Below are positions 11,476-24,392 of a stretch of 64,000 nucleotides of DNA, piece by piece. The DNA comes from Azolla caroliniana. Its lineage: Eukaryota > Plantae > Polypodiophyta. Positions within the stretch are counted from its first letter, which is position 1. Each line of letters opens with the position of its first letter. The DNA lies in NCBI GenBank assembly GCA_043228905.1, contig JBHGNT010000020.1, positions 4,154,001-4,218,000 on the forward strand, in the 5' to 3' direction. The position numbers and the translations under genes were made by a program. The notes below the pieces were generated by a model. It saw only the letters and a program-made list of their open reading frames with translations, made no database searches and was not told the origin of the DNA.

Positions 11476-13388
11476 ATGGATAATCAGGTATGATCTTCTT
11501 TACAAGTTTCTTGTAGGAATTAGAGTACCTAAATGCTGGAATCATTGCAAAGATATTCAAACTATTAAACAAAGGGGAATTGAAATTTGAACGACCTAAA
11601 TGAATTTGTATGATCATAGGGGCCAGTTTCTACATGAAGAAAATACACTATATATATTTTGTATACAATTCATTTAGTAGGCTTTTCTTATTTTAGAGAA
11701 GATAATATCTTCATTAATTTTTTTATCCAAATGGAGAAGTATGTATAATAGGGGTGAGTTCTAATGTGTATAATAAGAAATGCTAGCTTCTCTATCATGA
11801 ATTTGAGGTAACAATAAATATATACCAGCATAGGATCTAGTTGCAACTTCCAAATTCATGATATGATAACCTCTCTATGCGAGGAAGAACAACAATATAA
11901 ATGTGTATCAATGATCATATAGAGATAGAGACATAAAGCCACTTTTGAGGCCATTTGCTAAGATCTATTTAAGCATTGTTATAATATGTTTTCCATGTTT
12001 TTAACAGGTATTTCTTTTCGGATCCTTCTCTAAAGATGAGGCTAGCCAATTTCAGTCTGTTTCGGAGGCTTCTAATTGTAAGAGTATGTCTAGCATACTT
12101 AATAACACATTTCCACAAATGGAAAATAGACCTCGGATTTTAATCAATGAAAAAATGCTCTCTCCACGAGTGCTGGAGAAATCTACAGTTGATGACGAAA
12201 GTAAGCAAGAGGATTCTATCCAGTTTCAGTCTATTCAAGATATTCCTAAGCTACACATGCCTAAACAAGCATCTCCACAAATGACAAATAAAGTAGAAAT
12301 TCCAGTTGATGAAGCATTAATCTCTCCTCTCATGCTGAATAAATCGACAATCAATGAAGAAATGAGGAAGGTAATGGGCACTGATTTTGGAAGGGCAGGT
12401 CCAGTATTTTGTAATGGCTCAGCAAAAATGTTAACCACTGAAAACTCAAGGAACCATGTTTTGAGCAATGTAGTGGTACATGAAGAACCTATCAGTTTTG
12501 ACCTGGATAGTTCCAAGTTAGATAAATCTGGCAATTGCATTGACCTAATTGAGGACTCAAAGCTGAGGGGAAATATCAAGTCCCTAGACTCATTACATAA
12601 AAGCATAACCTCACATGACAGTGATGTTGTTTTTCAATCAAAAACTGTACCTAAAACTTGGGCAGCTCTCCTTGATACAGACTCAGACCCAAGTAAGAAA
12701 CATGACAAGGTAGGCGCACAAGAAACAGAAGAAATGCAGGTAACTGAACTGAGTGGTGAATTATGGAAGCAGAGCTTGAATAATCTTAATTTGAATGGGA
12801 AGAGGTTGCAGCCAAGAGGCTTGATCAATAAAGGAAATTTGTGCTTTCTGACTGCAACTTTGCAAGCTCTGCTCTCTTGTTCGCCATTTGTACATCTTCT
12901 TCATACACTACAAGTACGCGGAGTTCCCAAGGTATACTATTCTATGCCACTTGGTTATTGGAGGTTGTCATTGTGCATTTCTTTCAGTTTCATTGCATTT
13001 GAGAGTGTTCTAGCTACATCCTATATAGTTTCTCATTTAAATGATGAGATTTTCTGAATAATAGTTCATAACATGTTGAAGAAAGGCATCAAGCATGTTA
13101 TGAAAGTGATTTGTGTCTTGAAGGTCTCTAAAATGAGGTATCCTGACTTTTTTAATTGTGGTTTAGATGCTAGAAAACATTTTCATTTGATTAGATTAGT
13201 ATTGCAAGAAAATAATGCTTGCATTGGGGCTATTTTAATCCATTCCTGTTTGTTCAAATACCTGAAATTTGTAATCTGTAGCTTTTAATTCACGTAACCG
13301 GTCAATGTGATTTCTGGCACATCACATGGAAGTGATTGATGTACTGGGGCCTAATGTCCAATCTGATATAAGAAAAATCCTCACTTAC

Positions 13389-13439
<51 letters not shown>

Positions 13440-16158
13440 TCTGGCAGGCTGGCTTCCCCACTCTGCGGGCATGTGTGGATTTTTTCAAGGAGTTCGAATT
13501 TCTAGAGAGAGATGGCAAAGGATCAGTTGAAGTGGCCAAGCCTTTTCTGCCTTCGATGTTTGATAGTGTTCTTCACAGTTTTAACCCTGATCAACCCACA
13601 ACTGGTTTTGCAAGAAATAGGTATAGTTTCTGTTTGCTTCTAAGCAGAATGGTGGGTAATGTTTCTTGGTTTCCAGACATAATCTCTCAAAATACAGGCA
13701 AGAAGATGCTCAGGAATTTCTTAGTTTTACAATGGATCAATTACATAATGAACTACTGTGCTTAGAAGGTGCCGGCCAAATTTCTGCTTCAACTGTGAAC
13801 CACACAACAGTGGCAAATGAAGATGATGATTGGGAGACAGTGGGTCCTAAGAATCGAACAGCTGTTGTTCGTACTCATACTTTCAATAAGTCAGCACTCA
13901 GTGATATTTTTGGCGGAGAGTTATGCAGTGTTGTGAAGACAAAAGGTTTGAATTTGTTATTTAACAGTCTGTTTTGCAATTTCAAATGCCTACATTACAA
14001 TTTGAAACTGAGGATGAATAGTGTTTCTAGAAGTTGATGTTGTACTTGGGTTTTCGAAATATAAATATAGGTGATATTTAATAAATGAAGTGAAATCCTT
14101 GAAAAGAAGATTCAACCCACTGTTTGAATTTATCGTCTGATAAGAATCCCTTGTATCTTGAATGATGGCTGCAAAAATGATTGTAGAATTGACTTTCTTA
14201 TTGTAAATTTTAATGCAAATGAATTCCTTGAGAACAGAATTCAACTCTGATGTTAACTTTCTTTGTATGTCAAATGATATATGAATAGCATACTTACGCT
14301 CGTTGTTCTTTTAAGACAAACACATATAGGATTGTCTCCCATGTGCATTCTGTTTGCAGCATATGCTCTCAGAGAAAAAGCAAAATTTCTAGGAATTTCT
14401 GCAAATATTATAAGCTTTATTTTCACAGCAATCATCTCATTTTTTAGAATTTGTAAGCCTAGTCCTTCAAATGTAGAAACACACTACTTACATTGGGATA
14501 TTTTATCAACGTCTTTTTGGGAAATTGATGTTGCTAAAAGATTCTCGACTTTCTTGAAATTCTTTTAAACCAAGCCATATATGACTCTAAAATCTATTAA
14601 TACATTTTAGCACAAATGTTTTCATTATTTAATAAATTGAATAGATTTATTCTTTTAAGTCTACTAAGTTTTCTAAAACTCAGATATTTGCAATTATTAA
14701 AGATTTGAAGTGCATCAAACCTATCAAATTTACTTAGGTAAAAGGGAAACATTTGTATTTTAATATACCTCTCTTATCCTGAGACTAGAATTTAACGCCA
14801 ATTAGTGTTTTTCCTTCATAATTCTATCGAATATTACTGGGACTTGTTTAGCTTCTATCAATACATTTTTTGGAGCAGCTCATTTTATGTGTTTTGATTT
14901 TAGCTGCCTGTCTGTGGCTCTGTTGGAAGCAAGACTTCTGTGAACTGTGCAAACATATTTAAGATACATGTGGTACTTATTGCAGATATGAAATTGAAGC
15001 TGTTTTAAAATAGCAATTGCTTTAATTCAAAATTCATGAGGTTTTCATAGTAAGGAGAAAGTTACACCGAAACATTCTAAAAGTTCTATGTGTATGATGT
15101 AACAGGAAGCAAAGCTTCAGTGACAGTGCAGCCCTTTCTGGTTCTACATCTGGACATTCTTTCGGAAGCTGTATATAATGTTGAGGATGCATTGAAGCTA
15201 TTTGCAGCTCCTGAGACTCTGGAAGGCTATAAGACCATGGCTGGAAAGGTCAAATCTACTCTGACAGAATTATCTCTTTCTTATTAATAATTTATATCCA
15301 TGTATTGATCAATAAATTTTATGCACAATTCCAACGTCCTTTTCATGCTCTTCAGGCTGTGGCAGTTGGTGCAAGCAAGTCTTTAAAGTTACAAACATTG
15401 CCTCGGGTGTTGATCTTACATCTGAAGAGGTTCAGCTATGGTTCCCAGGGCAGCAGCAAGCTGCACAAAGCTCTTCATTTCCCCTTAAATCTCACTTTAG
15501 GGCGAGATCTGCTAGCCAATGCAAACATTGGAACTGAGGTCGACCTCAATCTTTGAATGGCACAAGGGGAGATACCAAATTCACAAATAAATAATGGCAT
15601 ATCATAGAAAATGGAGGTTTATCACAAGTAGATAATGACATATATAGTGATGGCATATCGTAGAGTTATCCATACTCACAAGTAACTAACTGCATTTAGG
15701 CAGCTGTCCATATTCACAAGTAGTTGATGGCATAGTACATATATCCATATCCACAAATAGATAATGGCACATTGCAGAGATGTCCATATTCACAAAAAAG
15801 ATGTCCATGCTCACAAATAGATATATAATGCCATATTGTCAAGATGTCCATGCTCACAAATAGATATATAATGGCATATGGCAGACCTATCTGGTTCGTA
15901 GATAATTATATATTGTCTTTTTTAACATAGTGGCTAACCGAATTTCCTATGGTTTTTTAACAGTCCCGTAACTATGAGTTGGTGGCAACCGTTACCCATC
16001 ATGGGAAGGATCCTTCTCGTGGGCATTACACAACACATTCAAAACAACTTGATGGAAAATGGTTGCGATATGATGATGGAGTTGTCTCAGTGGTGAGTCA
16101 TAGTAGAGTTTTACAAGAACAAGTGTACTTGTTGTTCTATGGAAGACTTGGTCTGTGA
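11476..16158 (+). CDS. UBP24: Ubiquitin carboxyl-terminal hydrolase, UBP24/USP10-like (~625 aa, 7 coding exons)
   Basis: Exons 11476-11487, 12008-12931, 13448-13620, 13698-13945, 15106-15248, 15356-15538, 15964-16158, all GT-AG with consistent phase. N-terminus MDNQVFLFGSF; Cys box GLINKGNLCFL; QEDAQEFL; LPRVLILHLKRF; His box THHGKDPSRGHY...WLRYDD. The first coding exon is less certain; a probable 5'UTR exon ends near 10643. Confidence 0.92.
13392..13436 (+). repeat. (GA)n microsatellite immediately upstream of a 3' splice site
   Basis: About 22 GA units ending ~10 nt before the acceptor AG at 13446-13447. Confidence 0.95.
15560..15915 (+). repeat. Degenerate ~40-bp tandem repeat in the last UBP24 intron
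   Basis: Recurrent ATGTCCAT(G/A)(C/T)TCACAA(A/G)TAGAT..ATGGCATAT units. Confidence 0.75.
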
Positions 16159-18389
16159 ATGTGTATACTAAGCAGAATGGTAATATTAGAGTGGATACCT
16201 TGAAATCTATCATAGCATTTAAAGGTCTATGAGTTGCCTCATCGAAAGATAATCTTGATAAAGAGGTCACAAGCCAAAAATTCTTGTTTAATGATGGATT
16301 TGCAAGCACATATCGGTTGTTGTGTTGTGTTACACAATTGTAATTGATTTTGAAGAGGTGCCAATTTTGGAGATTTGAAGAAATTATTTCTTTTTTAAGA
16401 GACCCCCCACCTTCCTAAAAAACAAAAGAACACTACAGAATGTAGAATTTGTCGTTTTTTCTAATTTAGCTATGGAATTTATGCATTTACCCCCACTATT
16501 ACTAATCAAGTAGAAAGATTTGCAGTCCATGTTTACTTCATTATTTAGCAGAGACATGGAATTTTGATGCCAATTATTGGGAAAAGCTAGTTCTCATAAC
16601 ATATGCAGAAGTTTGAACTTCACTTTAATGGTTAAAGCCATTCAATCTGGACTTCAATAGTAACAATTATAGCCTCGAAATTCATCTCAAAGATTTGGAA
16701 AAAATGCAATTCATGGTGTCAAACCCAAACTCTCTTCAAGTTATCACGGCACGAGATGTGTCAATCAAGTCCTAATGTAATACCATTGATGCGCAAATTA
16801 TTTTCATCAATTCAATTGGGCGGCAATCTTTGAGTCGATCTACTTGAAGCTATTGTCAATGGCAAAGGAACTAATCATTACTAGGATGCCATGAATATAA
16901 GGCATTTAAACATCTCAAAGCCAATAGAAGCACGATGTAGACCAGCAATCATATGATGCATCTATTTTGTAGATAAGCAATACTTTATTCTTTCACCTTT
17001 GCAATGTTAAATCTTCCCAAACTTAGTAGAAATTTGATTATCAACTGTTCGAGCATTACCACAAATATAATGCTCCAAACTTCAAGTATTTAGATTAAAC
17101 ATAACCAAGCTAGGGGTTGATTGATAAATGATGATGCCTTTGTGTAATTTAGTGGTCGGTCTTCACTCAGACAAAGAAGATAGAGAACCACAACCACATT
17201 TCCACAACATCAAATCATCAAAATTGTTAGAAAAACGATACTCTCAACTCTTTGAGTAGTGCAACCAAACTTGGACATTTCGTAGATTAGTTTTGGGGCT
17301 TCATTGTCACTTGGGTTTACTTCCTTGTATAGGTCCACACATGTGAGTTTGGGTTTCTCAACTTTTCATGTTGGTTTATGACAAGCCACTTGATATATAC
17401 AAAAATCCTAGAGCACATTTAGCTTTTTGCTTTGGTTTTCAACCTTGTCTATGTAAAATGTGAGGGGATATCCTTGATTTAGCATGGCAAGTGTACGATC
17501 CACAACAACGTCCCCTTGGTCAGTGCAATACTCCCACGTGGCCTCATGATCTGCTAAATTGTGATTTGGTTTGCCATTAAATCTTGGGCATTTGAATCCC
17601 AAAACTAACCTCAGTTGAGAATTATATGTATAGCTCGTTTTATAGTGTTTAGGAGCTTTCTTGTCTGATGAAAATAGTATCCTCTCTTCTTAGGATGCAC
17701 CAATGCCTTTTCACTTGAGCATACATTTGTCCTTATCTTTGCATGGGTGCCTCGTTTTGTAAAATGTATGTTAACATTCAAATTTACCACACATTTTCTT
17801 ATCACCATTCATGCATTATAGTTCCATTTTTATTTTATTTTTTACCATAAAACATATGCTCCATTGGTATTAATAAAAAGCCCGGAGGCAGTATACAAAT
17901 AGTACATAATATTGTTTCATCTCCACCAGTATATTTGAAATGATTCTAGTATTTGTAAAAACTGTTGGGAAAAAAAACAGCCATAAAACACAGCATTGAT
18001 TCCAGTGATCTGCTGCAGATTCCATGTCCTCCGTCTTTCCAATCATGTGTCAGGTGTAAGAAGATTTCCGTCTCTCTAAGAAGATTCACCATCCCAACAG
18101 AAACAGTTGCAAACAGATCTGAAGTGATTCCAACATTTGTAAAAACTGTTGGGGAGAAAAAAAACAGACCATGAAAATGAAATGTACTATACTAATTCCA
18201 CCTCTCACCCCATTTGCTTCGATCCCCACAACTTATTCACTCTCCCTTCATGATGTGCTTCGGCCCCCTCACCATCATCACTCCTAAAAACAACCAAATT
18301 GCTTCATTCAATCCACCTCCACCATCTCGCCGAATGCCACCAATGTCCTGTGGAATTAACAACAAAATAAATAAAAAATTCCTCATCCC

Positions 18390-19430
18390 CTCATGCATTA
18401 TAGTTCCATTTTCCCCTTTCGATCACATTTGTAACACATTTCCTTATCATCACTTATGCATTATAGTTCCATTTTCCCTTACAATCACATTTAAGAAACA
18501 TTTCCTTACAATCACGTTTAGAATAGATTTTCTTATTAGCGCTTATGCAATGTAGTTCTACTTTCCCCTTACAATCGTTGTTACTAGGTTCTGAACTCTC
18601 CATTCGTTCTTTGTAGTGACAAACCCATTCCATTAGAGCAATGTTTTCTTAATCTTCTTCTTTTTCATTTGTCTTCTATTGGTCATTTGAATCAAAATCT
18701 TGAATGACCTAGTGTAAAGCTTGACTTTTCATGCTTTTCTCCCATGGCACATCCTATCTCATAACACCACCAATTGTTGGGTATCTAGCAACCAACACTA
18801 GCAATACAATCCTATTTTCCATGACACTTATTACTAGGCTTTGACAAACTCTTTCCATTGGAGACATGCTTTAGTGTGAATCTTAATCTCTTCTTTTCTA
18901 TTTTTCTATTTTGTATCCTGATATACTGTAAAACTTGACTTTTTGTGTTTTTCTCCCTTCAGACAAGGCACATATCATGACGGCACCAAGTGCCAACTAT
19001 TTATATAAACCTTTAATGACTGCCATTGGTAACCACCACTTGCAATACAATCTTGGTATGCCCTTCACATGAGCCATATCATGACATTGCCAAATGTTAG
19101 CTATCTATTATCAACCTTTGTCAACAACCAACCCACTACGATTTCCCTTTCACACTCGTTGTTACTACGTTTTTAACTCTTCACCCGTTGTTTGGTAGTG
19201 ACTACTGCATTACATTAGAAAACATGCTTTATTGTTGTCTTAATCTTCTTCTTTTTTATTTTTCCTTTGTATCATTTTCATTAAAATTCTGACCTAGTGT
19301 AAAACTTAACTTTTCAATTTTGTCTTCCTTTCCACGTGCAAATATGACGAGACCACCAATCCTTTTGCTATCTATTACCCACTACTCTTGAATGGAAACC
19401 ACAAGTAGCAACACACTCTTGGTATTATTT
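18390..19430. repeat. Degenerate local repeats: short ATGCATTATAGTTCCATTTT units and about three diverged ~250-300 bp units
   Basis: Recurring blocks GTTACTA.GTT, CTTAATCTTCTTCTTTT and GTAAA(A/G)CTT(G/A)ACTTTT near 18580, 18830 and 19160. Confidence 0.55.
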
Positions 19431-21026
19431 CCAACATCTCATCATTAGAAGACTAAGACAACATTTAACTTATTTTATTTTTCATACAATAGTCTCTTCC
19501 CACTTTCATAGCTCTCACAAGACTTTAAGCTATATTCTAAGATACCGACTCTAACTAAGTATACGATAAAGGCTTTGTTTTCAAATCACATCCCCATTGT
19601 CAAAAAAAGGGGGGAGGGTAACAACCATACGAGTATATATATACTCATATGCACAATTTGTCTTCACTTGTTTCTTTGTGTCTCTTGGTCGAACCCTACA
19701 TAGTGAACCCTCAGTCAAGTTTTTCATATAATGGACTGGAAGGCTATTCTCCTTTTGATTGTACTTGGGAACTTGCAAAGATTATCGCGGATGTTTCTAA
19801 TAAACTTGTAGACTTTGATCATCACTATTGACAGAAACATAGCTTGATTATTTTGAACTTCAGGTTCACAAGGGAAGATGAATATGATTGTTACACTCAC
19901 ATGGATAACTTGATGGTCCTCATAAGGATACAAAAGGTAATTATAACACACTAATTCTAGTGAAGGGTGTCTTGGATGCCCATGATTCTAAGCTTATGCC
20001 AGATTAAAAAGAGTTTGGTTACAACTTTCATGTAGGATCAAATTTCAAAACTCTAGGTTTGTAGGATACCTCCGTTGCACATATTACTGTAGTAGTTGTT
20101 CTACAAGCCAACGATCATAATAGAGGTGCCTCATTTTTGTTGAGTTTCCCTTTGTGGCATCACACATGCCATTTCTTTGATATAATTTTCGAACATTCAA
20201 TATTTCTTAATCGTGTTCAAATCATTGAGGCAAAAAAACTCTACCATCATGCTCTCCACTTTATCTTGATTACAGAAATCAAGGCATCATCAGGCTTCAG
20301 TAGGAGTTACACTATTGTTTTTTTTAAACAATAAACCAAAGTAGGTTCTCTATGTTGATATGTCCTAACCATTATGTCCAAGTCAATTCTTAGATTTACC
20401 ATCCTTACTTTCTTTCACAACATTCCCACCCATACACTACTTAGTTGTGGTGTCACTTCCTTCTTCGTTGATATATATTATTGTCCCACATGAAATACAA
20501 AAGAATGGTTACAGAAAACCACTACCTAATCCAATTGAAGTAATATGTGGTAGGCCTATTACCCCTGCGATTGTCAAAGAGATCCTCTCTATGAGTACAT
20601 ACTATGAAGAGATAAATCTTGATGTTATGACCCCACCCCACAAGCCCATCATCCTTGAGAATTGCATGGCTTATCAAACACAATCCTATTGTGGAAGGCA
20701 AAACCCATGCATTCACCTTCCCTGATGATTAATGCTTTTATTAAATGACGTTATAACGTTGGTGCTAAAGTCCACATTTGTAGTAAATAGAAACAAGATA
20801 TCTTGTATTTTTAGATATCCCAAATGATAGATTGGTTTAGACTTCTTTGAGAAGTACATCTCTTGAATTAAGTGTTGGTTAGCTTTGCTACACAACTTAG
20901 TGAGTCTTAGTATTAGTTGTAGCTTTATCACTGTTTAAATCCTCCCCCATTTTGTTAAAAACATGTCTTTAATAATCCTTTGTGTTCTCCATCTCTGTTC
21001 TTGTCTTTCTATCATTCTCTATCACA

Positions 21027-21070
<44 letters not shown>

Positions 21071-21565
21071 TACATATTTTTTACGATTATCAAATGAATA
21101 AACAATCTGATCTACCAAATGGCACGCAAAAATGGAGTTTGCAAACATCAGTGAAGTTCAATAGCTACTCATTTGGAAATAGAAGACGCTTGTGCCATAT
21201 CTTCGATTCCTCAAAGGAGCAACCTACAACTGGAAATGCCACGATTACAACATGAGAAGGCAATGATCACAAAAAGGCATCAATGCATCAATGTACTGTA
21301 TTGTACGTATGTATTGTACTGTATTGTATGACATAAGTATTGTATTGAATTGTATGTATGTATGTATGTATGTGCGCGTGTATGTTACAAGTTACAACGG
21401 TCATATTTTGAAAGGTCCGAATAAGTGAGAGAGTGAGTGTTTGGCAATCCAATCCAATCCATCCCATCCCATCCATACACACGCTGTGTTGCTTGCTGCC
21501 TCTCACCCCCCCCCCCCCTCCTCCTCCTCCTCACATCAGAGAAGAAGAAGAAGAAGAAGAAGAAC

Positions 21566-22219
21566 ATGAGGAGCTTCCATGTCCATCCGCTCAGATGCAG
21601 GCAGACGCTGCGAAGAGAAGAAGAAGGCAAGGCCCCCCTCCTCCTTCCTTTGACCACCACCACCTCCTCGCATGATCATCAGATCTCTTCTTCTTCTTCT
21701 TCTTCTTCTTTGTCTCATTCACGCCAAGATTTGTGTCGCGAACTCATCGACAACCCTCAGTCTAAATATACTCCTGTTTCAAACCCTACCACTAAATGTA
21801 ACCCTGTTTGTAGTCCTAAACCTAATCGTAGCTCTGCTTTCTATTCTTCTCCTCCTACTCCGTGCCTATCTCAAAGACCTGCAGAATGGGAAGCTCATAT
21901 GATCTCTTACCTCGCTGCAAGCAGATTATGCCGGAATCAAGTCATGACTTCTTCTTTCTTGTCTCATCATATTTCGGATGATCTTTCGACAACATTATCT
22001 TCTCTACAGAAAGGCATGCAAATCAAGAAGACGACGAAGAAGAAGGCTTCCTCACTTTGTAAAGGTTTGACGAAAGTTCTTAGGAAACAATTCATGCCAT
22101 TCTCAATAATCAACAATGGCATCCACAAGAATGTGTCCACGAGGATCCTTCAAGCAAGAAACAATGTAAACAGAGTTCTTTCAATTCCTGAAATTTCCAC
22201 TGATCATAATCGATATGTA

Positions 22220-22258
<39 letters not shown>

Positions 22259-22408
22259 AACCATTCATCGATCTAGCTCTATCATATGATAAGTAAAACT
22301 AAAACGAGATTATGTCATTGCGTGTAGGTGATTGATTCACGGAAAATAGAATCAAAGAAGCTCAAGAGAAAAGGGAATGCAAGACCAGATGCTAATGAAA
22401 ATTGGTGA
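21566..22408 (+). CDS. Hypothetical two-exon protein (~243 aa, Ser/Pro-rich N-half, basic C-half), no recognisable domain
   Basis: ATG at 21566 after a (GAA)n leader; 651-nt open exon to donor GTATGT at 22217; acceptor GTAG at 22327; in-phase exon 22328-22408 ending in TGA. Confidence 0.5.
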
Positions 22409-24392
22409 GAGGGTCTATGCCATCATCGTTGTCTCTTACTTTTCTATGTGGTACATACATTATGATACATACATACCATACATTATGATACATACATATA
22501 CATATAGAAGAATATGATCATGTCCTTTTTGTTCATGTATAGTAAATAGGAGATAGTAATTTGGAGTTCTCTTTAGGTATATGAAGTACAAACAAGATAG
22601 TCATTTTTAGGGTGTGACATTGGAAGTGAAGGCGAGATCTAGCATCAGCACGGATAAAAGATGAAATGCTGCAGATATTTAGATGTGTGTAGCTAACTAG
22701 GTAGACATTATGGTCATCTCTGCATTGTGTTTGCGCCCCTCTCACCTCATCTCTTAAGACCATGCTTGACTAAGTAGTGTATGTGTGTACACATACAACA
22801 GCGAATTGGCGATGGCGAAAGAAACAACATTGCATCCTATGAAGCCCGCGGGTGTTAGTAGACAATCTCATGGGACCCGTCTCGACAACATCCACGTTAG
22901 GAGGACCACAATCTTCAAAAAAGCTTGTGGTGTTGCATTACAAGTGTGTGATATCTTGAACCTTGACTAACAAACAAAAAAGGAAAGCCCTCTCCTCCTC
23001 CCTTAACACGAACGGATCAAGGAAAACTTCCCTAGTAGAATATATAATTATTCTCATCGCAATTCGGACTTTGTAAATCAGCAATAATTAAATAGCAATT
23101 TATTATTCCACATCATGGGTTGGAGTATTTAGTAGGTATTCAATGTAGCTCTCATTGCTTGTATATGTGTATGTTGTCCTCCTTATATGTACTTGGATTC
23201 AAAATTTAGTCCTTCTTGGGCTATTAGTTATTATATCCATCGAAATGACATAATTTAGGAATTGAAAAAAGTATTTCGGGTGATAGTGCGAAGTTCATAT
23301 TGGATGGTCTGAGCTAAAGGTCACATGTCTTATTTGGCAAAGCTTGATAAGAGAATGAGTGCATGGTTGATTATATAAGATTAGAAAAAATTGAAGAGGG
23401 TTGAAGGTATTATCATGTAAGGATTTGGAAAGCTCAAGAAACAATGTTAGGGTATTGTGTTAGATTATATCTCCATTGCAAGACAAATGTCAAAATAATC
23501 ACTGAAACAAGTAACCTTTGAAGCATCCAATTGCTTGTCCCATGCCATAAATCTTTTCCCGAAGGAGCTATATATTGGCCAATAACCACTTAAGTCTTTG
23601 TCCAACACATGAATATTATTAGTAAATTAAAGTCTTTCGTTTCAAGGGTGTAGTTAACAAAGTCAACTCATCAGCCTCTTTGTGACTGAATGAAAAACAT
23701 CACATGGCAAGACATGCTTTTATTCATGTGCTTGTTCTTTTAGTGGCTAACATGAAAAATGGAATGAACCTTGAAAGATAAAGATTATTAGAAATATTGA
23801 GAATCCGTTAGATAAGAGTTACAATCACATAGATGTATATATGAAAACAAACTTTCTATTACATATGACAGTGGCTTGCAGTGGTAGTCCACCCACACGC
23901 TCACACCTTAGAGCTTAGATGGGATCTAGACTAGTCGACTAGATAATAATGACAGCCGCTATGTAGGAGATAGAGAAAGTGGATTATATTCTTTGTTTAG
24001 TTTTAGTGTCACATTAAATGTGCAAGTATGTTGATAGTAGTTGATATATTCCTCTTTTGTCAATTGACTTGTCATTTAATATGACCCAACTTCCTAGATA
24101 CAAGCTATTGTTGAATAGTACTTGTCTTAAAGTCAATGACATTTCATTATTCAAGACTAAGTACATTGTAACACTAAGTACATCGTAACACTAAGTACAT
24201 CGTAACATGCCCAAAAAATATTCTTCTAGTCGACTTGACCATTAAATCCTATATTCCTACTTCCCTCTTTCTTAAATACATTATGTCCTACTCATCTATG
24301 ATTTCCTACATTGACACCTTATTTACGCATATGGTCAAGTTACACAATAGTTACTCCTCATTTGGGGCGCTATAAAAAATGTGCACTCTAAG

